Below, piece by piece: positions 37,922-46,163 of a DNA stretch of 64,000 bases. The notes under the pieces were generated by a model. That model ran no database searches. It had not been told where the DNA came from and was given only the letters and a program-made list of their open reading frames with translations. The position numbers and the translations under genes are program-made. Numbering within the stretch: the first letter of the stretch is position 1; every line of letters begins with the position of its first letter. Origin of the DNA: an uncultured Lachnospiraceae bacterium (GTDB lineage: Bacteria; Bacillota; Clostridia; Lachnospirales; Lachnospiraceae); contig CAJULP010000088.1 of the NCBI GenBank assembly GCA_910587295.1, positions 5,347-69,346 of the forward strand, given 5' to 3'.

Positions 37922-40294
37922 TTACTCTGACAGATAGATGGCAATCTTCTGCTCTATGGCAGTTAACGCTTCTTCAAGGGTCTGCTCCCCTGAAATATAT
38001 TTATCGCCTTCCTCAAACACTGTCTTCTCCAACACGGTATCCTCCACATAGGGTGTGTCCATAGATTCCATCCACCCATATAAAGTATCCAACTGCTCCT
38101 GGCTGGCAATATATACGTTCAGGCTTAAAGGCTCATCATCCCAGCCCGACGTGCCAATGCTTCCATATGCCCCGTCTTCACCAACTTCGTCCTCATTGGG
38201 GGTAAACTGCTGTTCCAATGCATCCCTGTTTACAGAAAACCTGCTCATGGATGCCTGTGCATCCTTACTTAAAAGTGCTTTCAGGAAATCCTGCGCATAT
38301 TCCGCCCTGGGGGAAGCCGCACTGATTCCCAGCATCAATGTAGGCATAAATACCTGACCGCCCTGACCGCTTACCGGCTGATAAATAAGATCTTCAAAAC
38401 CTTTTACCCTTGTAACGGAAAGATCCATATAATAACTGTATGGATAGGTAAGGGGCCCGACCGATAACTGCATATAATCTCCCATAATGTCCATTCCGTT
38501 TATGCCATAATACCGGCTGTCATACATCCAGTCCTCCCCTCTTTCATTAATCCATATTTCATTGATTCTGGTATACCGTTCCGTGAATTTCTCATCCAGA
38601 CCATCCATCTGGGCGTCGTACATTCTTTTCACCTGGGTAAGGAACTCTTCCACCGCTTCCCTGTCAAGCTCCCCGCTTCCGGTCTTCCATGCAGGCGCTG
38701 ATGATAAGGCAAAGGCCTTCATGATCTGCTTGGCAAAACCCCATCCCAGGATTGCTTTTCCCGGATTTTCTTCCCGGAGCTTTACCACTTCATCCGCAAT
38801 GGTCTTTAAGTCCTTCACGTTGGCAATATCTTTTTCCCGCCCTGCAATCAGGGGCAGTATAACCTGGCCGGGTACTACATAGATTCCGCCGTCATCGGTC
38901 TCAAATGCATGGAACAGGTTTTCAAACAGCCTTTCTTCTTTTGCCAGATCAGTGATCAGGCTGCTTACATCCATTAACAATCCTTTTTCCACATAAGAGT
39001 CAACAGGAAGCCCGTTTAAGCACAGAATATCCGGCCCTTCCCCGGCCACAATCTGAGTATTCAGTTTTTTCAACGCATCATCCCTGGTAACGGAACTTCC
39101 CTCTTCAATCCCTACCTCATATTCGATGAACATATCCGGATTATTTACCTGGTATACGGAAATTGCCGCCCGAAGGTCATCACTTTCTTCCAGGCTGTAT
39201 ATTTTCACCCTGTTATTGGGCACGGTAGGAATATTGGGATCGTAAGTAAACTTGATCGTTTTCTTGGAAGCTAAAAGAACCACAAATTCCGTATCACTTA
39301 ATGGCATAAAATCCACAATGTTATATTCCGGGCTTCCAAGACGGGATAAACCACCGTCTACCAACTGTTCCACAACGCTTCCTCCGATCACATGGCGGTG
39401 GATACCTTTTTTGCCTGCCAGATAAATGACATTGTCTTCTCCCATAAAGAATCCCATATCATACCAATAACTGCCGTTAGAGCTCCTTTCGCCATAATAG
39501 TCCGCCAGAAAGTCAGTTAATACTTCATCCTCAACATATTCCTCTTTTGACATATCGTAAATCCTAAGGATTCTTACCGCATTTTCATAACTGTCCATGA
39601 CCATCAGATCACCCCTGATTCGAATCAGATCCGGCCTGTTTTCCGGTGTCAAAAATATTTCACAGGTTCCGTCTTCCTTCACCTCATAAATATTTCTGTC
39701 TTTCAGGGCAGATACAAAAAACCGCCCGGTATCGGAAACCCAGATGCTATTTGGGTGTGCCTCGTCACTTTCCATAGTTAACTCTACCGGAATCACGGTT
39801 TCATCCGGCTTGATCAGGATACATTTTACATTGTCAATATCATCCCCACTCCCGCTGTAGAGTATCCCTATCGTTCCATCGGGGGCTGCTTTTGCATGAT
39901 GAACATAATAGGATTCTGTTTCCCGTTCCTTAAACCATTCTGTTTCTTTCACTTCCCACGTAAGGCCATTATCTTTTGACACCATAGGAAAATTATACTG
40001 ATCAAGGATCATGATACTGCCGTCAGACAATCTCTGCATACTTAATGGTGTACTTAAGTTTTCGGATAAGTCCGCTTCCTCCTCCACATACCGCCCCATA
40101 GCTGTATTTTCTGACGGCGTTACCTCATCTATTGCCTGTTTCTTCTCCTGTGCTTCATCGGAAGCAGGACTTTCCTCTCCGCCCTGTGGAGTGGGATTTT
40201 CCTGTGTACTTTTCCCGCCACAGCCTGTGGCAAGCACCACCATCACTGCCGCCATCAGCAGACACAGCATTCTTTTTTTCATACTTTTCCTCAT
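37922..40294 (-). CDS. 790-aa lipoprotein: N-terminal BNR/Asp-box beta-propeller-like half fused to a family-1 ABC solute-binding domain
   Basis: The lipobox is LATGCGG. There is a canonical Asp-box SKDNGLTW (SxDxGxTW). The C-terminal half has the SBP pattern (VKIYSLEESDDL...NPDMFIEYEVG...AGEGPDILCLNGLPVDSYVEKGLLMDVSSLI). Confidence 0.65.
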   Translation of the reverse strand: MRKSMKKRMLCLLMAAVMVVLATGCGGKSTQENPTPQGGEESPASDEAQEKKQAIDEVTPSENTAMGRYVEEEADLSENLSTPLSMQRLSDGSIMILDQYNFPMVSKDNGLTWEVKETEWFKERETESYYVHHAKAAPDGTIGILYSGSGDDIDNVKCILIKPDETVIPVELTMESDEAHPNSIWVSDTGRFFVSALKDRNIYEVKEDGTCEIFLTPENRPDLIRIRGDLMVMDSYENAVRILRIYDMSKEEYVEDEVLTDFLADYYGERSSNGSYWYDMGFFMGEDNVIYLAGKKGIHRHVIGGSVVEQLVDGGLSRLGSPEYNIVDFMPLSDTEFVVLLASKKTIKFTYDPNIPTVPNNRVKIYSLEESDDLRAAISVYQVNNPDMFIEYEVGIEEGSSVTRDDALKKLNTQIVAGEGPDILCLNGLPVDSYVEKGLLMDVSSLITDLAKEERLFENLFHAFETDDGGIYVVPGQVILPLIAGREKDIANVKDLKTIADEVVKLREENPGKAILGWGFAKQIMKAFALSSAPAWKTGSGELDREAVEEFLTQVKRMYDAQMDGLDEKFTERYTRINEIWINERGEDWMYDSRYYGINGMDIMGDYMQLSVGPLTYPYSYYMDLSVTRVKGFEDLIYQPVSGQGGQVFMPTLMLGISAASPRAEYAQDFLKALLSKDAQASMSRFSVNRDALEQQFTPNEDEVGEDGAYGSIGTSGWDDEPLSLNVYIASQEQLDTLYGWMESMDTPYVEDTVLEKTVFEEGDKYISGEQTLEEALTAIEQKIAIYLSE

Positions 40295-40307
40295 TTTGAC
40301 TCCTTCC

Positions 40308-40829
40308 TTACTCGTATACTTCTATAATGACTTTACTTGCAATAAAGCTATCTCCGTCATAGTTTCCGTACATTTCCAGACCAAAACCTTCCTGAATTTC
40401 AGAAAAGGAAGATTCCCGCATGTCAATGTCTCCGCCGCCGTTCTTAATGACCCAAAAATGGAATTCCGTGTCATCCCTAAAGTTCACCGTCACCAGTTCT
40501 TCTTCCTGGCTTCCTTCTTCCGGCAGATATACAATGTCACTGTTTTCATTTTCTTCAACGAATATTTTACTGATAGTAACACTGTTGTTCCCAAGATTCC
40601 TGACTTTTCCGGAAAGATGCTCTTCCCCCTGCTCTGGTATTACAAAATCCGCTTCCTTTTCCGTATCTTCTTTTCTTTCGGGTTCTACCTCTTCTTCATC
40701 CGCTTTCTTCGTATCTTGTACCTTTTCTGTGTTAACAGCCGGGATATTTTCCGGTTCTTTAGAACTACATCCGGCAGCCACTGCCATAAGTAATAATAAT
40801 CCTGCTGCCAAACTGTGTTTACTTTTCAT
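40308..40829 (-). CDS. Small lipoprotein with acidic linker (paralogue B)
   Basis: I trimmed the ORF to ATG 40829. The lipobox is AAGCSS, followed by an E/K-rich linker. The C-terminal domain is VNFRDDTEFHFWVIKNGGGDIDMRE...YGNYDGDSFIASKVIIEVYE. Confidence 0.6.
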   Translation of the reverse strand: MKSKHSLAAGLLLLMAVAAGCSSKEPENIPAVNTEKVQDTKKADEEEVEPERKEDTEKEADFVIPEQGEEHLSGKVRNLGNNSVTISKIFVEENENSDIVYLPEEGSQEEELVTVNFRDDTEFHFWVIKNGGGDIDMRESSFSEIQEGFGLEMYGNYDGDSFIASKVIIEVYE

Positions 40830-40896
40830 TTTACATTGTCTCCCTTTTCTTCTTTTGCAGTATAACAAAATAATCTCTAAGCTTTCTCTAAACTGC

Positions 40897-41448
40897 CTAT
40901 ACAAACTCATAAAGGACCACTTTTCCCGCTACAAAAACCTCCCCGTCATAATAGCCTTCCAGCGTTACCGACATATCACCCACAATATCAGAAATCGAAG
41001 CTTCTTTGACCGTCACATCCTCATCCGGGTTTACCCCGCCATTTTTCACAACATGAAGTTCAAACGTTGTATCATCCGTAAAATTGACATCCACATAATC
41101 CTCTGCGGTTTCATTACCCGATGCCGGTTGTATGGCTAAACTTACTCCGTCTTCCAGTTCCTCCGTCTTTACTTTTATTATGACAATACCATTGTCACCG
41201 ATGCCTCTTACATTTCCATCTAGCTGTTCCGTCTCCCCACTCTCCGGCTTGCCGGTTTCTTGCTGCCGGTCTGCGCTTTCTTTTTCCGTCTCCTCTTCCG
41301 TCTCCGCGTTTTGTTCTTCACTTCCATCCTCTAAGGGTTCTTGCTCTATGGCAGCTACCTGGGAGTCCTGTTCTTTTGCACCACAGCCTGCTCCTGCTGT
41401 TACCATAAAAACACTTAATCCTACTGCTGCTATCCATTTTTTTCTCAT
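40897..41448 (-). CDS. Small lipoprotein with acidic linker (paralogue A)
   Basis: The lipobox is GAGCGA, followed by an E/Q/T-rich linker. The C-terminal domain VNFTDDTTFELHVVKNGGVNPDEDV...EGYYDGEVFVAGKVVLYEFV aligns with paralogue B. Confidence 0.6.
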   Translation of the reverse strand: MRKKWIAAVGLSVFMVTAGAGCGAKEQDSQVAAIEQEPLEDGSEEQNAETEEETEKESADRQQETGKPESGETEQLDGNVRGIGDNGIVIIKVKTEELEDGVSLAIQPASGNETAEDYVDVNFTDDTTFELHVVKNGGVNPDEDVTVKEASISDIVGDMSVTLEGYYDGEVFVAGKVVLYEFV

Positions 41449-41524
41449 AATGCTTCTCCTTCTTTCTTTACCTGCAAACCTTTCCTGATCTGCAAATTTT
41501 ATTTTAGGGATATTTATAGCAGGG

Positions 41525-41546
41525 AAATCTCTAAAAAATCTCTAAA
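41525..41546. promoter_or_regulatory. Perfect tandem direct repeat 2 x AAATCTCTAAA (11-bp period), candidate OmpR-family response-regulator site
   Basis: It lies 77-98 bp upstream of the lipoprotein A start codon on the minus strand. One-helical-turn direct repeats are typical of OmpR/PhoB-type binding sites. Confidence 0.45.
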
Positions 41547-41550
41547 GAAT

Positions 41551-41590
41551 GGAAAACGCTGCCTTTCCGGCCAATCCGGATGGCAGCGCT
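41551..41590 (-). terminator. Intrinsic terminator after the DUF234 ATPase gene
   Basis: On the minus strand, CGCTGCC pairs with GGCAGCG around an 18-nt loop, followed by TTTTCC. Confidence 0.6.
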
Positions 41591-41612
41591 TTGCTGTGGC
41601 TTATTTATCTGA

Positions 41613-43010
41613 TTACTTCAGCATTTCTTCATATGTTACAAAAGTTACATTTCCCATTTCCATCCCTTTTTCCAAACATCCTTTTGTAAATCCGCTTTTA
41701 GAAAATAAATAGAAATGAACATTATGATAAGAAAACAACTCACTACAGGCTGTTAATTTTTCAAGAACCTGCAGATCTGTCTTTTCATTTCTCCACTTAC
41801 ACTCGGCAAAAAGCGCTGTCTCCTTATCTTCAATACCCATAATATCAATTTCTGCCTGTTGTCTTTTCTTAGAATCCGTTCCCCACCAGCGTCCAATATC
41901 CATAAAATTTACTGCCGACTTACCTTCCGACAAAAGTTTCCAAAGGTACTGTTTACATATTTCTTCAAAAACACTGCCCATATAGTCCGAAAAGCAAGGC
42001 GCTATCCTTTGGTAAACCTGATCTTTCATTCCCCTGTTAATTGCAGAAACATTATCCTGCACAAAACGGTACCAGAAACGAAACATAAAATCCTCAAGGA
42101 CGTACCATGATTTTTTTGAACTGCTTACCCCAAAGGGAATTTCCTTTTTCACAATTCCGAGGCCGGATAATCTATTCAGGTAGCTTGTGGCAAGAGCCGT
42201 GTCTATCCCGGTCCTGGAACATATTTCGGAAAGTCTCGATGCCCCCTGGGCAATGGCGCCAATAATCGTATTATACTGCGATGCATCACGACATTCCTGC
42301 TTGATCAGGTTTGTTGGTTCTTCATACAGATAAGCACTGGCTGTCAGGAAATTGTCTTTGATATTATCTTCAATGGCCAGCCTGTCATCCATCATGGACA
42401 TGTATAAAGGAATGCCGCCCGTAATGCCATACAACATAGCCAGATCTTCCCCATCGGCATTTTTATAGTACTCTTTCATTTCAAAAAAATCAAAAGGCTT
42501 TATCTTATACTGGCAGGTACGCCGTCCGTAAAGAGGACTTTGATATCCCATCACCTGATTCTCCATAAAGGACATGGAAGAACCGCAAAGGATCAAAAAC
42601 AATTTTGATTTCTGATGACAGCGGTCGATCAATATTTGAAAAACAGATGCAATTCCACTTTCACAGGATGCTAAATAGGGGTATTCGTCAATAACAAATA
42701 TGATACGGCGTTCCTTTGCAATCTGGAATACTGCCTCAAATGCTGCCTGAAAATCCAAAAACATCCCTGATGCATTTTCAAAATCTGAGGATAAGGCATA
42801 AATACTTTTACTTAAATCCATCAAATTTTTTCTGCTGTTTGTCTCGGTCGCCGAATACATAATACACTCTTTACCCCTAACAAACTCATTGATCAGCGTC
42901 GTTTTTCCGACCCGCCTCCGCCCATAAATAACTGCAAACTCAAATCTACCGGACTCATATCTCTTATTCAGATCAAAAATTTCTTTTTTTCTTCCAATAA
43001 ACATGAACAT
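41613..43010 (-). CDS. AAA-type ATPase with DUF234-like C-terminus (archaeal-ATPase family)
   Basis: It has Walker A GRRRVGKTT and Walker B-like IFVIDEYPYL. The start FIGRKKEIFDLNK...FEFAVIYGRRRVGKTTL is typical of this family. Confidence 0.75.
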   Translation of the reverse strand: MFMFIGRKKEIFDLNKRYESGRFEFAVIYGRRRVGKTTLINEFVRGKECIMYSATETNSRKNLMDLSKSIYALSSDFENASGMFLDFQAAFEAVFQIAKERRIIFVIDEYPYLASCESGIASVFQILIDRCHQKSKLFLILCGSSMSFMENQVMGYQSPLYGRRTCQYKIKPFDFFEMKEYYKNADGEDLAMLYGITGGIPLYMSMMDDRLAIEDNIKDNFLTASAYLYEEPTNLIKQECRDASQYNTIIGAIAQGASRLSEICSRTGIDTALATSYLNRLSGLGIVKKEIPFGVSSSKKSWYVLEDFMFRFWYRFVQDNVSAINRGMKDQVYQRIAPCFSDYMGSVFEEICKQYLWKLLSEGKSAVNFMDIGRWWGTDSKKRQQAEIDIMGIEDKETALFAECKWRNEKTDLQVLEKLTACSELFSYHNVHFYLFSKSGFTKGCLEKGMEMGNVTFVTYEEMLK

Positions 43011-43017
43011 TCCTCAC

Positions 43018-43039
43018 TTAGTAAACTATAGTTTACTAA
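43018..43039. promoter_or_regulatory. 22-bp perfect palindrome TTAGTAAACTATAGTTTACTAA, candidate operator
   Basis: It is self-complementary over all 22 nt. On the minus strand its 3' end meets the GAGGA SD of the ATPase gene, separated from it by a single G. Confidence 0.5.
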
Positions 43040-43219
43040 ATTATAATTTACTTTATTGCAACCTGTCAATATAATTATATCCTAAAACTTAGAGAATAAT
43101 TAAAGAAAACTATGCTAAAATTTAAAACTATAAGACATTCCTCTTGCAAATCCAACTCGATTCATTAAAATAAAAGAAATAGAATATGTTTTTTAAATTA
43201 CAGACAGCAAGGTGTTAAC

Positions 43220-43906
43220 ATGAGAATTTTATTAGCGGAAGATGACGAACAATTAAATAAAACTCTATCTTTTCAGTTACAAGAAAACGGATTTTCTGTA
43301 GATAGCTGCTTTGACGGGGATGAGGCCTGCTACTATGGGGAACAAAATATATATGACGTGATCTTATTAGACAGGATGCTTCCCTACAAAGAAGGAACCG
43401 AAGTCCTTACCTTACTTCGGAAAAAGGGAATCAAAGCTCCTATCATTTTGATCACTGCACTGGGAGCTTTATCCGATAAAGTGACAGGTTTAGACTTAGG
43501 TGCAGATGACTATCTGGTCAAGCCCTTTGCCTTTGAAGAATTACTTGCCAGAATACGATGCGTATCCAGAAGACCCCATACACTGACTAATGATGATATC
43601 CTTACCATATCCGATCTTTCATTAGACTTAACGGACTATCATCTTACCGGCCCGGCCGGAAAATGCTCTCTGTCAAAACGGGAAGCCGCCCTTTTAGAAA
43701 CCTTCCTGCGCAGAATTGGCCAGTCTTTATCCCGCAGCCTCCTTCTTTTAAAGGTTTGGGGGCCGGACAGTGACGTAGAAGAAGGAAATCTGGATAATTA
43801 TATCCATTTCCTGCGAAGAAGACTTAATTTAGTGGGAAGTAATTTAGAGATCAAGACCATACGGGGAATCGGTTATTGTCTGCAGGACAGGTCCGCTTCA
43901 TCTTAA
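43220..43906 (+). CDS. OmpR/PhoB-family response regulator
   Basis: The receiver domain has LLAEDDE and ILLDRMLP (phospho-Asp), and K is present in YLVKPF. There is a winged-helix C-terminus (IKTIRGIGY). Confidence 0.9.
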   Translation: MRILLAEDDEQLNKTLSFQLQENGFSVDSCFDGDEACYYGEQNIYDVILLDRMLPYKEGTEVLTLLRKKGIKAPIILITALGALSDKVTGLDLGADDYLVKPFAFEELLARIRCVSRRPHTLTNDDILTISDLSLDLTDYHLTGPAGKCSLSKREAALLETFLRRIGQSLSRSLLLLKVWGPDSDVEEGNLDNYIHFLRRRLNLVGSNLEIKTIRGIGYCLQDRSASS

Positions 43907-43926
43907 CAGATAAGGGGGATATTTTT

Positions 43927-45231
43927 ATGTTTCAAAAAGTGCATATTTATCTCACCCTTTTGTGCACTGCCATAACCACTATCATTATGATCATTATGTC
44001 ATGCAGTTACTTATATGTATCTGAAAAGAGCTTATATAAAAATCAAATGGATTCCTTCAAAAATGACATGAATACCATTGCTACCAACTTGGAACAACAG
44101 CCTGTTATCTCTATGGAATGGCTTTCCAAAATGGAATCACAGGGGAATTATACCTTTTTTCTTTTGGATAATGGCGTTCCTTTTCTTTATAATACCTTAG
44201 GTTCATCCGAAGAAAAAAACATACTTCTTGAAGAATGTCTGGCTGATTATCATTCATCTATTTTGATCGACGTAGACCATTCTTCTTTGTCTCCTTACGC
44301 TTCTTACCATACAGAATCCGAATTTTTTTCCCCTTCCGCAGGAAAGAAATATTTTTACAGCGTATTGATCTTAGGACATAGTTCTTCTAAGCTGCAGGTT
44401 ATCGTCCTTTCTTCCTTAAGCACGCTGGAAGAACAGATCGTACATCAGCGCTCCTTTTTTATCCTGATCGACTTGATCACCATACTGGTTTTAGCAGTAT
44501 TTTCATGGATCTTCACAGGTATTTTACTGAAACCTATTATGGAAAACCAAAAAAAACAAGTCCAATTTGTTGCCGCTGCATCTCATGAACTCAGAACACC
44601 CCTTGCGGTAATCTTATCCTGTGTGGAATGCTGCCAAAAAACCGAACCTCAAAAACAGGCAGGCTTTTTAAATACGATCACCAATGAAGGGATGCGGATG
44701 CGTAACCTTATTGACGATATGCTGACTTTATCAAGTTCTGATAACCAACGGTTTTCTATAAATACAAAATCAGTGGAAATGGACACCTTACTTGTTGATT
44801 CCTATGAAGCGTTTCAGCCCCTTGCAAGACAGAACAAGCTATCCTTATCCGTTTCACTGCCGGAATGTTCTCTTCCTTTATGTAATTGCGACAAAGAGCG
44901 CATCAGCCAGGTTTTGTCCATTTTGCTGCACAATGCAATCAGCTACACCCCAGCCCCCGGCAAAATCAACCTCTCCCTCGACTATTCCAGGGAACACTTT
45001 TACATTTCGGTATCCGATAATGGGATTGGCATTTCCGATGAAGACAAAAAGAAAATATTTGACCGCTTTTACCGAGTAGAAAAAGCCCGAAGCGCCAAAG
45101 AACACTTTGGGCTTGGGCTTTCTATTGCCTATGAGATCATAAAATCCCACCGCGGCAGTTTAACGGTAAAGGATTCACCGGAAGGCGGTGCATTATTTAT
45201 CATAGACCTTCCTAAAAGTAAACACGGATAA
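43927..45231 (+). CDS. Sensor histidine kinase (HisKA + HATPase_c), two TM helices
   Basis: I trimmed the ORF to ATG 43927 after GGGGGA. The H-box is AAASHELRTPLA, the N-box LLHNAISYT and the G-boxes DNGIGI and GLGLSIA. Confidence 0.9.
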   Translation: MFQKVHIYLTLLCTAITTIIMIIMSCSYLYVSEKSLYKNQMDSFKNDMNTIATNLEQQPVISMEWLSKMESQGNYTFFLLDNGVPFLYNTLGSSEEKNILLEECLADYHSSILIDVDHSSLSPYASYHTESEFFSPSAGKKYFYSVLILGHSSSKLQVIVLSSLSTLEEQIVHQRSFFILIDLITILVLAVFSWIFTGILLKPIMENQKKQVQFVAAASHELRTPLAVILSCVECCQKTEPQKQAGFLNTITNEGMRMRNLIDDMLTLSSSDNQRFSINTKSVEMDTLLVDSYEAFQPLARQNKLSLSVSLPECSLPLCNCDKERISQVLSILLHNAISYTPAPGKINLSLDYSREHFYISVSDNGIGISDEDKKKIFDRFYRVEKARSAKEHFGLGLSIAYEIIKSHRGSLTVKDSPEGGALFIIDLPKSKHG

Positions 45232-45248
45232 TTTGATAACTGCTGCCA

Positions 45249-46034
45249 TTACTCAAATAATCCTTCCGCCCACCGCTCGATCCGGTCTCCAAAAAAATCA
45301 GCCTGATTACTTATTTCCAATTCCAACTCCAATTCCAATTCTTCCAATTGTCTTTCAATTTCTTCTGAATATACTCCGCCGTTAAGGCTTCCGCCTAAAT
45401 TCCCCATAAAACCATCTATAAACTCTTCGCTTAAATGAACCTGCCATTCTCCCGCTTTTTTATCAAGCCGCACTGTCACTTCAATATCCCGGGTCTGCTC
45501 CATCTCATCAATGATCTCGCATAGATCCCCTCCCTCATTTGTCAGTTCAAACATTTCTTTCACCAAATGCCTTATTCCCAATCCTTCGCTGTGGATCATG
45601 CCTTTTATCAGATTGACCTCATAAATTCCGGTAACATCCGTCAGATCTTTATTTGTCAGCACAAGATCCACATAAGCTTTATCACCTTCTTTTCTGACCT
45701 CACCAATTTCCCATGAAAGATTTTCCACAATCTTTCCGGCAAATTCCTTATTCCATTGATAATGCTTTACTCTTTTTAATCCCGGCTGCTGCAGTTCGTT
45801 AAACACCCTGTATTCTCTGCTTACAGGAATGCCAAGAAAATTTCTGTGAGATGCAATATGATTATCCGTATAGCGATTTAATGTTTCAAGGTCTAAAGCC
45901 TTTATTGATTCCATTACGTTTTCCACTGCCTCCTCCGGTTCTGCTAAAGATATCAATGCATTTTCCATCTTTCCTGCACAGGCCGTAAGACCCAGACACA
46001 TAATAAGCGCCAAAAATAATTTTCCTTTTTTCAT
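45249..46034 (-). CDS. Lipoprotein of unknown function
   Basis: The lipobox is LTACAG. I recognised no family. There is a C-terminal (EL)n run. Confidence 0.6.
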   Translation of the reverse strand: MKKGKLFLALIMCLGLTACAGKMENALISLAEPEEAVENVMESIKALDLETLNRYTDNHIASHRNFLGIPVSREYRVFNELQQPGLKRVKHYQWNKEFAGKIVENLSWEIGEVRKEGDKAYVDLVLTNKDLTDVTGIYEVNLIKGMIHSEGLGIRHLVKEMFELTNEGGDLCEIIDEMEQTRDIEVTVRLDKKAGEWQVHLSEEFIDGFMGNLGGSLNGGVYSEEIERQLEELELELELEISNQADFFGDRIERWAEGLFE

Positions 46035-46132
46035 ACTGTTTTCTCCTTATTTTCCGTCTATGATTATCTGTATCATCAGCATAGATCAAAATCTTTAAGG
46101 ACGCAATGGATATGGCAAAAAGCTACGGTGAT

Positions 46133-46163
46133 GAAGCAAAAAAAGACGCCTGCCGACGTCTTT
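46133..46163 (-). terminator. Intrinsic terminator after the AgrC-like kinase gene
   Basis: On the minus strand, AAAGACG pairs with CGTCTTT around an 8-nt loop, followed by a T-run. It overlaps the kinase stop codon. Confidence 0.65.

Noticed and set aside
40011-41488. Long plus-strand ORFs (260, 239 and 118 aa) across the lipoprotein genes
   Set aside because: They are antisense to lipoprotein genes whose acidic low-complexity linkers produce open S/F/L-rich frames on the other strand. They have no start context and no domain.
45315-45350. Tandem TTCCAA/CTCCAA hexamer run, considered as a possible slipped-strand phase-variation tract
   Set aside because: It lies in-frame inside the lipoprotein gene, where it encodes ELELELELE. 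A 6-bp unit cannot shift the frame, so at most it changes the linker length.
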